Of a DNA stretch of 64,000 bases, positions 51,181 through 63,249 are shown in pieces. Positions within the stretch are counted from its first letter, which is position 1. Each line of letters opens with the position of its first letter. Source of the DNA: Stegostoma tigrinum (taxonomy: Eukaryota); assembly GCF_030684315.1 (NCBI RefSeq), contig NC_081396.1:6200001-6264000 (forward strand). The letters run 5' to 3'. The notes under the pieces are model-generated. The model saw only the letters and a program-made list of their open reading frames with translations. It made no database searches and had not been told where the DNA came from. A program made the position numbers and the translations under genes.

Positions 51181-51854
51181 ACTTCTTTCAAAAGCCACTG
51201 TCTCACCTCTCTGTGGATTCTTGGGTTAATCCTGGCTAACTCTATTGTGTCATCACTAAGGAGGAATCTGTCACACCAATGCTCAGAGACCAATCACATT
51301 AATAATGAGCTTCCTGTCATGTACATAATCAGAGTCCTATCACTTTAATATTTAAGAGACTATCACATGAATAATTAAGAAACTAATAATCTGGTGCCTT
51401 AAACATCAATAACTAGCATCTTAGCGGACAAAACAGTGTCCTGTTGCATTAACTAGAGATTCTATGACCTTAATAAATGGGGTCTAATTATTTCCACAGC
51501 TCCCACTGTGTTTATAATCGGTTGCCTCTTCCTTCAATTAGCAGAAAATTGTTTCACCACTAATCATGATGTGAATATACCAAATAAGCAACTCACTTCA
51601 GTTAATAACCATAGCCCATTGGCATCAACAATTGGGATCCTGCTACATTAGGGTCATTTGCCACTTGTACAAGTTTCTAAGTGTTGTTTCTTTAATGATA
51701 AGAGTCCATTTACATCACCTTTAAATGCACTTATTACCCATTGTTCACTGTTGCGTGTCCCTGTTCTACATCCCAGAGAGGAGCCATCATCATGTGCACT
51801 ATTATAAGTCAATGTGGGTGTTGTTAGCATCTGTTTCTCTCCATTCTGAGAGCC

Positions 51855-52146
51855 CATATAGTGTGGAAGCAGACCATTCGGCCCATCAAGTCCACACTGA
51901 CTCATCCCATTTCCCATGGCTAATCCATTAAGCCTACACATCCCCGGATACTATGAGGCAATTTAGCATGGCCAACCCACCCTAACCTGTACATTTGGAC
52001 TGTGGGAGGAAACCGGAGCACCGGGAGGCAATCCAAGCATACACCAGGAGAGTACCTGCAAACTCCGCATGGAGGATCTTCCTAGGCCGGAATCGAACCC
52101 GGGTCTGTGGTGCCGTGGGGCAGCATTGCTAACCACTGTGCCACCC
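51855..52146 (-). mobile_element. V-SINE (HE1-like)
   Basis: Minus strand agtggttagc...gggttcgattcc and V-domain. Confidence 0.75.
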
Positions 52147-52221
52147 TGACATAAACATGCACAAGTTTCAATTTGGCTCAGCCCTTCAAGGCGACAGCCT
52201 GCAGTATATCACGTGCGAGTC

Positions 52222-52303
52222 TGGTCACGGTGGCATGCGAAGCCAGGGCTCACCAGAGACTGGAACTTAAATCCAGCGCCTTAGACCGCTCTATTACAAC
52301 TCA
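52222..52303 (-). pseudogene. degenerate tRNA-Leu gene (TAA at anticodon position)
   Basis: Minus strand GAGCGGTCTAAGGCGCTGGATTTAAGTTCCAGTCTC matches the vertebrate tRNA-Leu(AAG/TAG) D and anticodon arms; B-box and acceptor stem damaged. Confidence 0.7.
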
Positions 52304-52345
52304 AAGCAATGGTCTGCACACTGAATCCTCTCACAAAAATTAATC

Positions 52346-52431
52346 TCTTTCGAGCCGGAATCGAACCAGTGACCTACAGATGCTTTGGTGAACTGTACAG
52401 TCCTCTGCTCCGCCAGCTGAGCTATCAAAGG
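52346..52431 (-). tRNA. intron-containing tRNA-Tyr(GTA), probably pseudogenised
   Basis: CCTTTGATAGCTCAGCTGGCGGAGCAGAGGACTGTAC-13 nt intron-ATCTGTAGGTCACTGGTTCGATTCCGGCTCGAAAGA, T5 terminator just downstream; mismatches in acceptor and anticodon stems. Confidence 0.8.
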
Positions 52432-52929
52432 AGAACTTCGAAAAACTGGGAGACAGCTGTCTCATTGACAGTCAGATTTACCCCTGTGGTCAGTGAAAAC
52501 TCTACTGTCTGCCACTTTCACTGGCAGGGTGGACGGGGTAATCGCAGTAGTGGTAGGTTCAAGAACACCCTCAATCCCATCATACACAGCACGCAGCCTT
52601 CTGTTGTCACAGGCAGCTTGGATTTCTTGGTCTGTATTGATCCGGATCCTGGCAGTCTTTGTTCCTGGCTCCACCTTCACCAAATGCTCCTGCTGCTTCA
52701 GAAATGACGGAGCTCAGCAACTTCTAAACTTCATTGATATCACTGCTGATTGACAAAGCTTTGACTAAATGTGCCTGAAAAACACTTCACCGATTCCGTT
52801 CCGTTTTCCTTGATCATTTCATTTCAAAGTGGAAGTGTCACAGCAGAGAATTTGAGACTCAGTAAGAAATGGCAGCAGGGAATCTTTCTGACTGGAGATA
52901 GCACCTTTCAGGTACGGACGTTTCCATTC

Positions 52930-53520
52930 GATGTGATTTATTATTGTCACATGTATCTAGGTACAATGAAAAATTTAGTTTTGTGTGAAGTACAGGCAGA
53001 TCATGCCGTACAAAGATCATTGGGTGATAGAACAGGGTGATGTATACAATGCTACAGCTGCAGAGAAGATGCACAAAGAGTCAGATCGACATTAGGTTTG
53101 AAATTTGAGAAGTCCATTCAGAAGTCTAATAACAGCAAGGTAGAAGCTGTTCTTGAACCTGCTGGTACTTGTGTTTAAGCTTTTGTATCTTCTGCCTCGG
53201 GGAAGAGATTATAACCAGGGCGGGAGGGGTCTTTGATGATGTTGGCTGTCTTTCCGTGGCAACACAAAGTGCAGATGGAGTCAATGAATGGAAGGTCGGC
53301 GACGGACTGGGCTGTGTTCACAACTCTTTCTATTTTGTTATGGTCCTGGGCAGAGCAGCTGCCCTACCAAGCCATGATGCTTCCAGGTAGAATGCTTTCT
53401 ACGGTATATCGATTAAAAATCGGTGAGGGTCCTTATGGACGTGCCGAATTTGCTTTGTCTCCTGAGGAAGAAGAGGTGTTGTTGTGCCTCCTTGACCGTC
53501 ACATCAACGTGGATGGTCCA
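52930..53520 (-). mobile_element. Rex1/Babar-like LINE 3' fragment
   Basis: Reverse complement of the family at 13625-13910 and 62430-62855. Confidence 0.6.
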
Positions 53521-53782
53521 GGAGAGTTTTTGTTTTGGTCATCATCGATTGTAGATTTTGCACCAAAGATCCGCTCAGGATTTAAAAGTTTGCGAGCTTG
53601 TGGCAACTGAATAACTCTTGAGAGCACTTGAATCAACAGGGAAGATTACGGATGGCAAAGTGAACAATACGGCTCCGAAATTCAGCGACACCACCCAGAA
53701 CTTTCAACGGAGACTGGTTGCAGTGCTCTTAATATGAGCTGAAACACACCCTACAACTGACAGCACAATTCAGAGTCCACAG

Positions 53783-54432
53783 TCATTTATGAACTTGCCG
53801 GTGACACAAGAGGCTGGATAACCAAAGGAATCCCTTCCCGCACTTAGTGAATGGCCTCTCCCTGGTGTGGACCCACTGGTCTGCTTTGAGGCTGCCTCAA
53901 TGTTTGAAGCTCTCCCTGCAGGAGACGCAGCTGAATGGCTTCTCGTGAGTGTGGATTCGCTGGTGTATCAGGCAGTGGGACGACTGGGTGAACCACTTCC
54001 CACGGACGGAGCAGGCGATTGGGCCTCAATGTTTGAAGCTCTCCCTGCAGGAGACGCAGCTGAATGGCTTCTCGTGAGTGTGGATTCGCTGGTGTATCAG
54101 GCAGTGGGACGACTGGGTGAACCACTTCCCACGGACGGAGCAGGCGATTGGTTTCTCCCCGGTGTGGACCCAGCAGTGCGCAGTCATTCCGGACGCGGAC
54201 TCGAAGCCTTTCCCGCAGTGGGCGCAGCCGAACGGCTTCTCCTCCGTGTGGGTGCGCTGGCGCGACATCAGGTTGGCCGACTGAGTGAAGCCTTTGCTGC
54301 ACTCGGGGCAGGTGAACGGCCTCTCGCCGGTGTGGACCCGCCAGTGCTTCAGCAGGTGCGACGATATGGTGAAGCCCTTCCCGCACTCGGGGCAGGTGAA
54401 CGGTGTGAGCCCACTGGTGCTCCGTGAGGCAC
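53783..54432 (-). pseudogene. ZNF pseudogene with premature stop and 129-bp tandem duplication
   Basis: Fingers FTCPEC..., FGCAHC..., [12 protein letters not shown]; linker deletion near 54403; 5' end lost at a CR1 fragment (about 54445-54650). Confidence 0.85.
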
Positions 54433-55389
54433 AAACTTCTTACATGTTCATGTGTGGAATAAACTTCTGGAGGAAGTGGTGGATGAGGGTACAGTTACAA
54501 CGTTTAAAAGATATTTCGATAAGTATATGAATAGGAAATATTTGGAGGGATATGGACCTAGTGCAGGCCGGTCGGACTAGTTTAGTTGGGGGTTATGGTC
54601 GTCATGGACTGGTTGGACTGAAGGATCTGTTTCTGTGCTGTATGACTCTGGAATACTCATCAAAACCTCTTTCTGTAACTTCCTCTTAAGTCTCTACTTT
54701 TACATCAGTTGGTGTATTAATTGTGCAGACTCAGAGAATCTGTTTGGAACTCAATTGTATACAAGGTGATTGCATAGGCCTTGAATGCCATGTTTACTAA
54801 TCCTGAAATGGACATTACTGTTGGTATTACATTTGGATTACTGCCACTTGTGCCATCACTTAATTTCCTGAATTTCAAAGATGGAAAGCCTTTAACATGT
54901 TGAAGTGTTCTGTTAGAAAATTCAATAACCTAACCAATAAATTTTAGGCACAGGTTCAATTGACACATTATGACCAAAAGACTGGAGCCTGGTCTTCAGG
55001 CCAAGATAATGGAATGAGGAATGAAGTCACTAGGAGTGTGGAAAATAGGGCTATATTCGACAGATTTGTGTAGCTCATACTTTCTAGGACTGGCAGTGAT
55101 TACAGAAAAGGGGGAAGAGCAAAGTTGAGGAGGGATTTGAATCACAAAGATGAGAAATTTAAAGGCTGGTGCATCAAAATTTCACTTGCCACTAAAGAGG
55201 AAGGATGTTACCCGAACTACTGAAAGGGCAGAAAGGCAAAAGATTGTGCCGCTAAGTCACAGAAAGTGCTGGCACAACTCAGCAGTCTTGTAGCAACTAT
55301 GACCCTTCCTCAGAATTGATGGTAGCTAGGAAAACGTTGCTTTTTATGCAGAAGATAGGATGGAGAATGGGGGGTAAGGAGTAAACAAA

Positions 55390-55951
55390 TTTAGAATACT
55401 GTGTCCAATTTTGGGCCCCACACCTCAGGAAGGACATACTGGCCCTGGAGCGTGTCCAGCGGAGATTCACACGGATGATCCCTGGGATGGTAGGTTTAAT
55501 GTATGATGAATGGCTAAGGATCCTGGGATTGTATTCATTAGAGTTTAGAAGGCTGAGGGGAGATCTAATAGAAATGACAAGATAATGTATGGCTTAGAAA
55601 GGATGGGCGCTGGGAAGTTGTTTCCGTTAGGTGGGGAGACTAGGACCCGTGGGCACAGCCTTAGAATTAGAGGGGGTAAATTTAAAACGGAAATGAGGAG
55701 ACATTTCTTCAGCCAGAGAGTGGTGGGCCTGTGGAATTCATTGCCGCAGAGTGCAGTGGAGGCCAGGACGTTGGATGCCTTCAAGGCAGAGATCGACAAA
55801 TTCTTGATCTCACAAGGAATCAAGGGCTACGGGGAGAGTGCAGGGAAGTGGAGTTGAAATGCCCATCAGCCATGATTTAAATGGCAGAGTGGACTCGATG
55901 GGCCGAATGGCCTTACTTCCACTCCTATGTCTTATGGTCTTATGATCTTAT
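55390..55951 (+). mobile_element. young CR1 3' fragment nested in a Penelope-like remnant
   Basis: TRTRGHSLRIRGGKFKTEMRRHFFSQRVVGLWNSLP and (gtcttatg)n tail; Penelope-like sequence resumes on both sides; near-identical 3' end at 60330-60495. Confidence 0.85.
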
Positions 55952-57154
55952 GGATAGGTGGAGATAGAGAGATGGCAAAACATTTGGCCAGACAAAGGTG
56001 TGGATAACAGTCAGCCTAGGAGAATGAATAGCTGCTAATGGAGACTATTAGCGGCTAACAAAGGGTTGTGTCTATTAGCAAACCATACAGTGACATCTAA
56101 GTGTTAGAAACAAATGACAGGGAAGTTAAGTTTTGAAGAATCATTACTGAACTCGAAATATTAACTCTGCTTTCTGTCCACAAATGCTGCCAGACCTGCT
56201 GCTGAGTTTCTCCAGCAATCTCTGCTTGCGTTTCTGATTTCCGGCATCTGCAGTTCTTTGTTTCATTGATGGGGAAGTCAGTGTCTGTGTCTTTAATGGC
56301 CATCGGCTTGCAGTAACAGGGAAACATTGTTCTTACCTTATCCATTATTTCTGAAGCCTGAGAAGGCTTGTTCCTGGAGTGGGCATGTACTGTGAGTGCC
56401 TGACTGGTAAGGAGCTACGGGAAAACTGCTTGATGCAGAAACAGACAACTATGACTGGAGCAGTAAAGGTCGAGTTTTCAATGATGAGCTGTATTGAGTT
56501 TGTCCAGTGGGTAGGGTACCACGAGGAGTCTTCCCAGAAGAAGGAACCAACTCAACTCAGTAACTCTGTCAAAGTTTTCAGCGTTTTTCTCACCGCACTG
56601 TCGTCTAGCTGCTGAGAGTGGTTTAGCACATCCAGAGTTCAGAACTGCTCGCCTGAGATTCAAATGGTCTGAATCCAGCCACGTAGCTCACCACCTTTCT
56701 CTTGTTCTATCTTTAACCTAATATCCAACCTCTTCTACCAAGATTTTGTCTTGTCTGTCAGTTTAAGTGCTTCCTTGGGTAAAAGGGGGATTTTGGCCTA
56801 TTAGTCAGAGAGGTTTGTTAATGGTTTTTTAAAGAGCTTTTATCATTGCCATTCCTAGAATTTTGTGAAGTACTTTTTGTTAGTGATAAATACACATTTT
56901 ATTTAAAATTAATGTTGGCAGAAGTCTTCATAAGAAGTAAAGCTCAGGGGCTGTAAATTGATGGACGGATCAGTTGGAAGGAGTGATTGCAATAACTTCA
57001 CGAAAATCTCATCATGTTACAGACCTGTGGTTCTCCACCTTGTGTTTGTCCATGTGGTTAATTCTGTGACCATGACAATGTATAACATTTTAAACAATTT
57101 ATCCACGTTGGTATCCGAGTGTCTGAAAGCATCTCCAGGAAACCAAAATGCCGA

Positions 57155-57335
57155 AATAAAACAAAGAACTGTGAATGCTGAAGATATGAAAGAAAAATAG
57201 AAATTGCTGGAGAAATTCAGAAGTTCTGTGGATGACATTCTGAAGAAGGGTCACTCGATTTGAAACGTTAACTCTGCTTTTTCCCCACAGATGTTGCCAG
57301 ACTTTCTGCGTTTTTCTGACAGTTTCTGTTTTTGA
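57155..57335. mobile_element. Penelope-like inverted ends with hammerhead motif
   Basis: CTGAAGA-AGGGTCACTCGATTT-GAAACGTT at 57240-57269. Confidence 0.65.
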
Positions 57336-57404
57336 ATCAAAACACTGACAACTGTTGAACAATTCAGTGGACGAAAGAAAATGTTTTCCAGGAGACAAAT
57401 TATT

Positions 57405-57965
57405 TTTTGCGGGTTTCGCGCGGGCTGTGCTGATTGGCAGCCTCAGACCTGGTGAAAGGACTCAGCAATCTCTTGCTCCCCTCCCCGCTAGGGATTCTTG
57501 CACGTAACACGTAACGCATGGAGGGACAGGTTACCCAGCATGTCCCGCGCCTGTGAATACGACCTATCTCCAGCGCCAGGGGCGCGCCACGCAAGCGCAA
57601 CAATCCCGGGTCTCCTCCCAAAGAGGTCTGACTGAGCGTGCGCGCCACCGCATCCGGAAACTTGAGTGCAGCCACAGGACGAGGGAGTGCCGGCTACTGG
57701 GGTCAGAGGGGCTGGGATGGAGACGGGGGTGAGTCGACTCCAACCGTGCAACTCGAGGAGGGAGGGTGGAGGACGATAATAAATCAGAAGTGACCCTTTG
57801 ATAGGGGTGTCGGGTGTCAATAAGGCTCTGATCAGGAAGGTAACCCTGGAAGGTGGGCAGGGAGGATTCACCAACCCAAGCTGGAGGCTGTTTATGTTGA
57901 AACCTGCAGGTAGGCTTTTGCGGTGCATTGGTAGTGTTCGTACTCTGGGACGCGGGCGGGGGCCT
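57405..57965 (+). promoter_or_regulatory. CpG-island promoter and putative first exon of the ZNF gene at 59032
   Basis: E2F-like TTTCGCGC at about 57414, ATTGG, CCGGAA, donor GG|GTGAGT at about 57729; acceptor ccatttgcag ending 58630. Confidence 0.6.
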
Positions 57966-58006
57966 GGCTTTAAGTCCCACCTGGTCCAGAGGTCTGCAAT
58001 AAAATT

Positions 58007-58280
58007 GTGGCTCAGTGGCCAGTGATGTTGCCCTCGCGGCACCAGGGAACCGGGTTGGATTCCACCCTCGGGTGACTTCTGTGTGGAGTCTGGACATTCT
58101 CTCCCACAGTCCGAGGATGTGCAGGTCAGATGGATTGGCTGGGCGAAATTGTCCACAGTGGCCAGAGGTGTGTAGGTTAGGTGGATTAGCCACGGGGACT
58201 GCAGGTTACAGGAGATAGCTAGGTGGGCAGGATGCTCTTTGGAGGGGCAGTTGGACTTGATGGGTCGATTGGCCTTCTGT
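58007..58280 (+). mobile_element. V-SINE (HE1-like)
   Basis: gtggctcagtgg A-box and V-domain ctcccacagtcc. Confidence 0.7.
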
Positions 58281-59031
58281 GATAACATCTCAGAAAAGAC
58301 AAAGCCTAGAGTCTTTTCTGGAGACAGGTAAAATGACCCATTTTGATTCACTGGGAGTTTTAGGGTCTGTCAAATTAGGGGAGAGAAAGATTAGATTTTA
58401 TTCCCACTCTGCACAGGAAGGGCTGGAGAGTTGAACTCATACCAAGTATATATAGTTCAGGGAGGAAATGGACTGATGAAAGAGAATGGGTTGAAACACA
58501 GAGAAAGAGTGTGCAGGATGGATGATTTACAGCTATCAGAAAGAAGAGGGAAAATGTCCCACAGAAGCTAGAGCTATCTGTTGTGCATTTCTATCCTGTA
58601 CTGAAAATGTTTTGCAATCTCCATTTGCAGGCTCTTAAAATGATTGCATTTACAGACCGGAGACTCACATTGAATGTCAAGTCGAAATCTGGTCGAGTCA
58701 CTTGATTCAATGTGACCTAAATACCACCTGTCTTCAAATGTGGAAGGCGAACTATTGTCTGTTCTGTTTGTGGGAGAAGATTTCATACATCGATGAGGCT
58801 GAAAAAGTTCCAAGACGCACAAACGCTCCTAAGTGAGAATGTTTCAGCCAGCTGACTGTGGAAGGACCGTTAACTAGTTACAACCCTGAGTGAGAGTTTT
58901 CCAGTGAACTGACTGAATTTTTTAAAAAAAGCTTACCTCGGTTGAAGCAGATTCACATTGTTCACAGCAGGGAAAACTCAATGTGTTCTTTATGTAGACG
59001 AGGCCTGAGCTGATTGTCCAACCCTGACATC

Positions 59032-59454
59032 ATGGAGAAACCATGGAAATGTGGGGAGTGTGGGAAGGGATTCAGAACCCCATCTGAGGTCGAAATTCAT
59101 CGTCGCAGTCACACGGGGGAGAGGCCGTTCACCTGCTCGGAGTGTGGGAAGGGCTTTGCCGATTCGTCGCACTTGCACCGGCACCAGCGCACCCACGCCC
59201 GAGCAAACCCTTTCATCTGCTCCGAGTGTGGGAAGGGGTTCACCCGCTCCCAACACCTGGAGATACATGGACGCATACACAGCGGGGAGAGGCCGTTTAC
59301 CTGCTCTGTATGTGGGAAGGGATTCACTCAGTCTTGCAACCTGCTGATACACCAGCGACTCCACACGGGCGAGCGGCCGTTCACCTGTTCTGTGTGCAGG
59401 AAGGGATTTGCTCAGTTGTCCCACCTGCTGAAACACCAACAAGTTCACAAGTGA
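59032..59454 (+). CDS. tandem C2H2 zinc-finger protein, 5 fingers, 140 aa
   Basis: atcATGG start MEKPWKC, 5 intact fingers, ends HQQVHK*. Confidence 0.88.
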   Translation: MEKPWKCGECGKGFRTPSEVEIHRRSHTGERPFTCSECGKGFADSSHLHRHQRTHARANPFICSECGKGFTRSQHLEIHGRIHSGERPFTCSVCGKGFTQSCNLLIHQRLHTGERPFTCSVCRKGFAQLSHLLKHQQVHK

Positions 59455-59874
59455 CTGCAGGGAATGGATTCTGCTGTTTGCTGTTAATTTGATCCAGGGG
59501 GTTCTTCAGTTTTGCTCTGAAAGGTTTGCTGCAGATAAAGCAAACCTTGACACTGCTCGTGGAGCCTACTTCAGGAGACTTCAATCCAAAGAAAATTAGA
59601 ATTGGATGTCATAGGCTTGAGATAAAAGGAAAACGGACGAGTGAATGCACTGTTCAGTGAGTGAGCATCGTTCACGTGGACACAGTGAGGTTATGTCATA
59701 GTGAGGAACCAGAGATTAAAGATGTGGAGTTGAAGCTGTGGAAACTGCTAGAAGTCCTTCGCTAGTTTTCAACACAGTTAATCAAGCAAAGTAAATATAA
59801 AGTTGGTTAATCTGTAAATCACTGCCTGAGTTTGTTGCTTTAGTTAGCTGCAAAGCACATAAGCTTGTCCTGAC

Positions 59875-61390
59875 TTGTGCAGGACATTGGTGAGGCTTCT
59901 TCTGGAGTACTCTGTCCAGTTCTGGTCATCCTCTTATATTAAAGATATTATTAAGATGGAGGAGATTCAGAAGAGATTTACCAGGATGTTGCTGGGTATG
60001 GAAGGTTTGAGTTATAAGGAGAGGCTGGATAAGCTTGGACTTGGCTCCTTAGAGTGTAGCAGATTGAGGGGAACTTGTGTACAAAACACAGAAAGCGGCA
60101 CAAGGGGTGGGGGGGCAGCAGGTAATTAGGAAGGGATAATGGGGTGTTGGCCCTTATTTTAAGGCGGGGGTGGGATTGGAGAATAAGAGTTGGGAAGTCT
60201 TATTACAACTGTACAAGGTGCTGGTTGAGACCACATCCAGCGGACTGTGAGCAGTTTTGGTCCTCTTATTTAAGGAAGGATGTCACTTCATTGGAGGCAG
60301 TTCGGTGAAAGCTCACTAGCATGATCCCGGCAGAGATCGATAAATTCTTGATCTCACAAGGAATCAAGGGCTACGGGGAGAGTGCAGGGAAGTGAAGTTG
60401 AAATGCCATTCAGCCATGATGAAATGGCGGAGTGGACTTGATGGGCCAAATGGCCTTACTTCCACTCCTACGTCTCATGGTCTTATTGTCTTATGTTAAA
60501 GTCTAAACAGACGTGACTCACTGGATGTTGAGAAGAATGAGAGGAGATCTTGGGTGGAGAGGTTTCCCCTCATGGGAGAGTCTGGGACTGGAGGGCATAG
60601 TCTCAGAATGAAAGGGGGGGCCAATTGAAGACTGAGATGAGAAGGAATTTCTTCTGTCATAGGGTTGCGAGAGTTTGGAACCCCTTGCCACAGAGAACTG
60701 TAGGCCAGAGAGTCCTTGTGTATGTTTAAGGCTGAGATAGATTCTCAATCAGTCGGGAAAGCAAGGGTTATGGGGAAAGGGCAGGAAAGTGGGCATGAGG
60801 AATATTGGATTAGCCATGATTCTGTTGGACGTCATACTGAGACCTCTGCTGGAGTATTGCATCCAGTTCTGGTCACCCTGTTGTAGGATGGATATTAAGC
60901 TGGAGAGCGTCCAGAAGGGATTTAGCCAGGATGTTGCCGGGAATGGAGAGTTTGAGTTATGACGAGAGGCTGGATAGGCTGGGACTTTTTTCACTGGAGT
61001 GTAGGAGGTTGAGGGGTGACCTTTACGGAGGTTTATAAAATCATGAGGGATATAGATAAAATGAATAGTGGGTGCCCCTTTCCCCAATGTGGGGTATTTC
61101 AGGACTAGGGGGTTTATTTTTTAAGGTGAAAGGAGAAAGATTTATAAAGGACAGAAAGGGCAACATTTTTTATACACTGTCATTTGTGTATAGAATAAAC
61201 TCCCAGAGGAAGTGGTGGATGTGGGTACAGGTGCAATGTTTAAAAGACAACTGAATAAGTAGATGAATAAGAAATGTTTGGAGTGATAGGGCCCAAGCAC
61301 AGGCAGGTGGGATTAGTTTAGTTTGGAATTAATGTCAGATTGGACTGGTTGGACCGAAGGGTCTGTTTCTGTGTTGAATGACCCTGACTC
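59875..61390 (+). mobile_element. nested/stacked CR1 3' fragments
   Basis: At least four pieces with LVRxLLEYSVQFW motifs and different 3' UTRs. Confidence 0.8.
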
Positions 61391-61874
61391 CATGAGTAGT
61401 AGAGCAGGACCGAGGGGCCAAATGGCCTGTTTCGTCTCCTGTGGTCTTATGATTCCAGTGAAACTTGTTGGGAGCTGGGTGAAGAGAAGTTCATCTTTCG
61501 ATTCAGTACATGATAACTCACCGGACAACACGTGGGGTTTAGCACTTTCCAAGCCAACACAGCGTTGTCAGGATGCAATGAAGTCAGGGCTGGTCCAACC
61601 CCTCTACTCTTGCATTCGGCATATACCCAAAAATAGCATTCAGGTTAGCAAATATCTATCAATGTTAGATTCAAAATGCACACTCAGAAGGCACTTGAAG
61701 AAGAGTGTTTGAAACCTCTATCCAGTTTTGCGTGGGGAAATCACAATACGAAGGGCCCTGTAGCCAATTGCCTCCACACCAGTCAAAAAACATGCACCTA
61801 ACTGTTCTAAACCCTTTTTCCAGCACTTCGTTCAGACCTTTGTCACTGCAAGTGCACATCTACATGCTTCCACT

Positions 61875-62195
61875 GAATCCCTACAGTATAGAATCAGACC
61901 ATTCAGCCCATCGAGTGCACACTGGCCTTCCAAAGAGTGTGCCCCACCTTAATCCGCCCTATCCCTGTAACCCTGCATTTTCCACGGCTAACCCCCACCT
62001 AGCCTGCACATTCCTGGGCACTATGGACAAGTTAGCATGGACAGTCCATCCTAACTTGCTCATCTTTGGAAAGTGGGAGGAAACCCATGCAGATACAGGA
62101 GAATGTGCAAGCTCCACACAGATAGTGGCTCAAAGGGGGAACTGAATCTGAGTCCCTGGCACTTACGGGCAGTAGCGCTGAGTGACCATGCCGTG
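61875..62195 (-). mobile_element. V-SINE (HE1-like)
   Basis: Homologous to 40885-41230. Confidence 0.7.
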
Positions 62196-62429
62196 ACTTT
62201 CTTCAACGTTATGAGGGGTTCTGCCTCTCCCACTATTACAGGCAATGAAGTCTGGATTCCCACTATCCTCTGGGAGAAAAACAAATTTCCTTACATCCAA
62301 CCCTCCCTCCCTCCCTTCCGCACCCCCCCCCTGACCCCACCCAAACCTCCTGCCTCTTTCCCTAAATCTATATCCTCTGGTCATTGATCCCTTCCTGGAT
62401 ATTAAATCTATGCCCCTCACATTTTCCAT

Positions 62430-62855
62430 ACAGATGCATCACAGCTTGGTATGGCAACTGCTCTTCCCAAAAAATTCCAGAGTTGTGGACACAGCCCAGT
62501 CCATCATAAAAACCAGCCTTCCCTTTGTTGACTTTCCAAAGCCTTGGGAAGGCAGTCAACATAATCAAAGAGCCCTCCCACCCCGGTTACTCTCTCTTCC
62601 ACCCTCTTCTGTTCAGAAGGTACAAAAGTTTGAATGACACATACCATCAGATTCAAGAACAGCTTCACAAGACTCACAAATGGGCCTCTCATGTTCGAGT
62701 TGATCTTTCTCTGTGCCTTCTCTGCAGCTGTAACACCACATCCTGCTTATCCACTACCCTGATGTATTTACGTAAGGAATGATTAGCACGCAAAAAAATA
62801 CTTTTCACTGTATCTTGGCACATGTGACAGTAATAAATGCAATCAAATCAAATCC
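62430..62855 (+). mobile_element. Rex1/Babar-like LINE 3' fragment
   Basis: IIKEPSHPGYSLFHPLLFRRYKSL peptide and aatcaaatcaaa tail. Confidence 0.65.
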
Positions 62856-62859
62856 ATAG

Positions 62860-63249
62860 CTTCTCACCTCATAGGCTGTGCAGATTTGGGGGACTATGTC
62901 TACTTCTTTCCCAAAATCAACCAACAAGACTCTCCCTGACAGACCCACTGTTTTAGCTTGTTTATGCCCCACTGAGCTTCCTTCTTCCAATTTATCTCTT
63001 ATTTTGTATCTCCCCCCCCCCCCCCCCGCCCCCGTTCAGCCCCTTACCACCTACATTTGTGATTGTTCTGACCCTGTACATCACTTCCATCATTTCCATT
63101 TGTCTGGTCCGAGCTGCTGTCTCCTCACAGTCGATCCGCACTTGCTCTGCACATCTATCCACCTTCAGGACGGTCTGAAGGCTCACCGTGTCTTCCTTGA
63201 AAAGAGGCCTGCATGGTCTGCAACCACCAGCATCACCCTTCTTGCTGTG
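62860..63249 (+). mobile_element. old Penelope-like RT remnant
   Basis: PVQPLTTYICD...LLTVDPHLLCTSIHLQDGL resembles the PLE RT motif (TYIRD...TMDVxSLYTSIPHxDGL). Confidence 0.6.

Noticed and set aside
51190-51830. Possible endogenous viral env-like remnant
   Set aside because: Multiple stops and no motif I can identify; needs TBLASTX
56280-56960. LTR-like stretches (also about 525-740 and 47080-47415)
   Set aside because: Suggestive composition only; termini and TSD could not be fixed
57488-58351. 287-aa and 209-aa minus-strand ORFs
   Set aside because: Cross a SINE and a GC-rich island; no recognisable protein features
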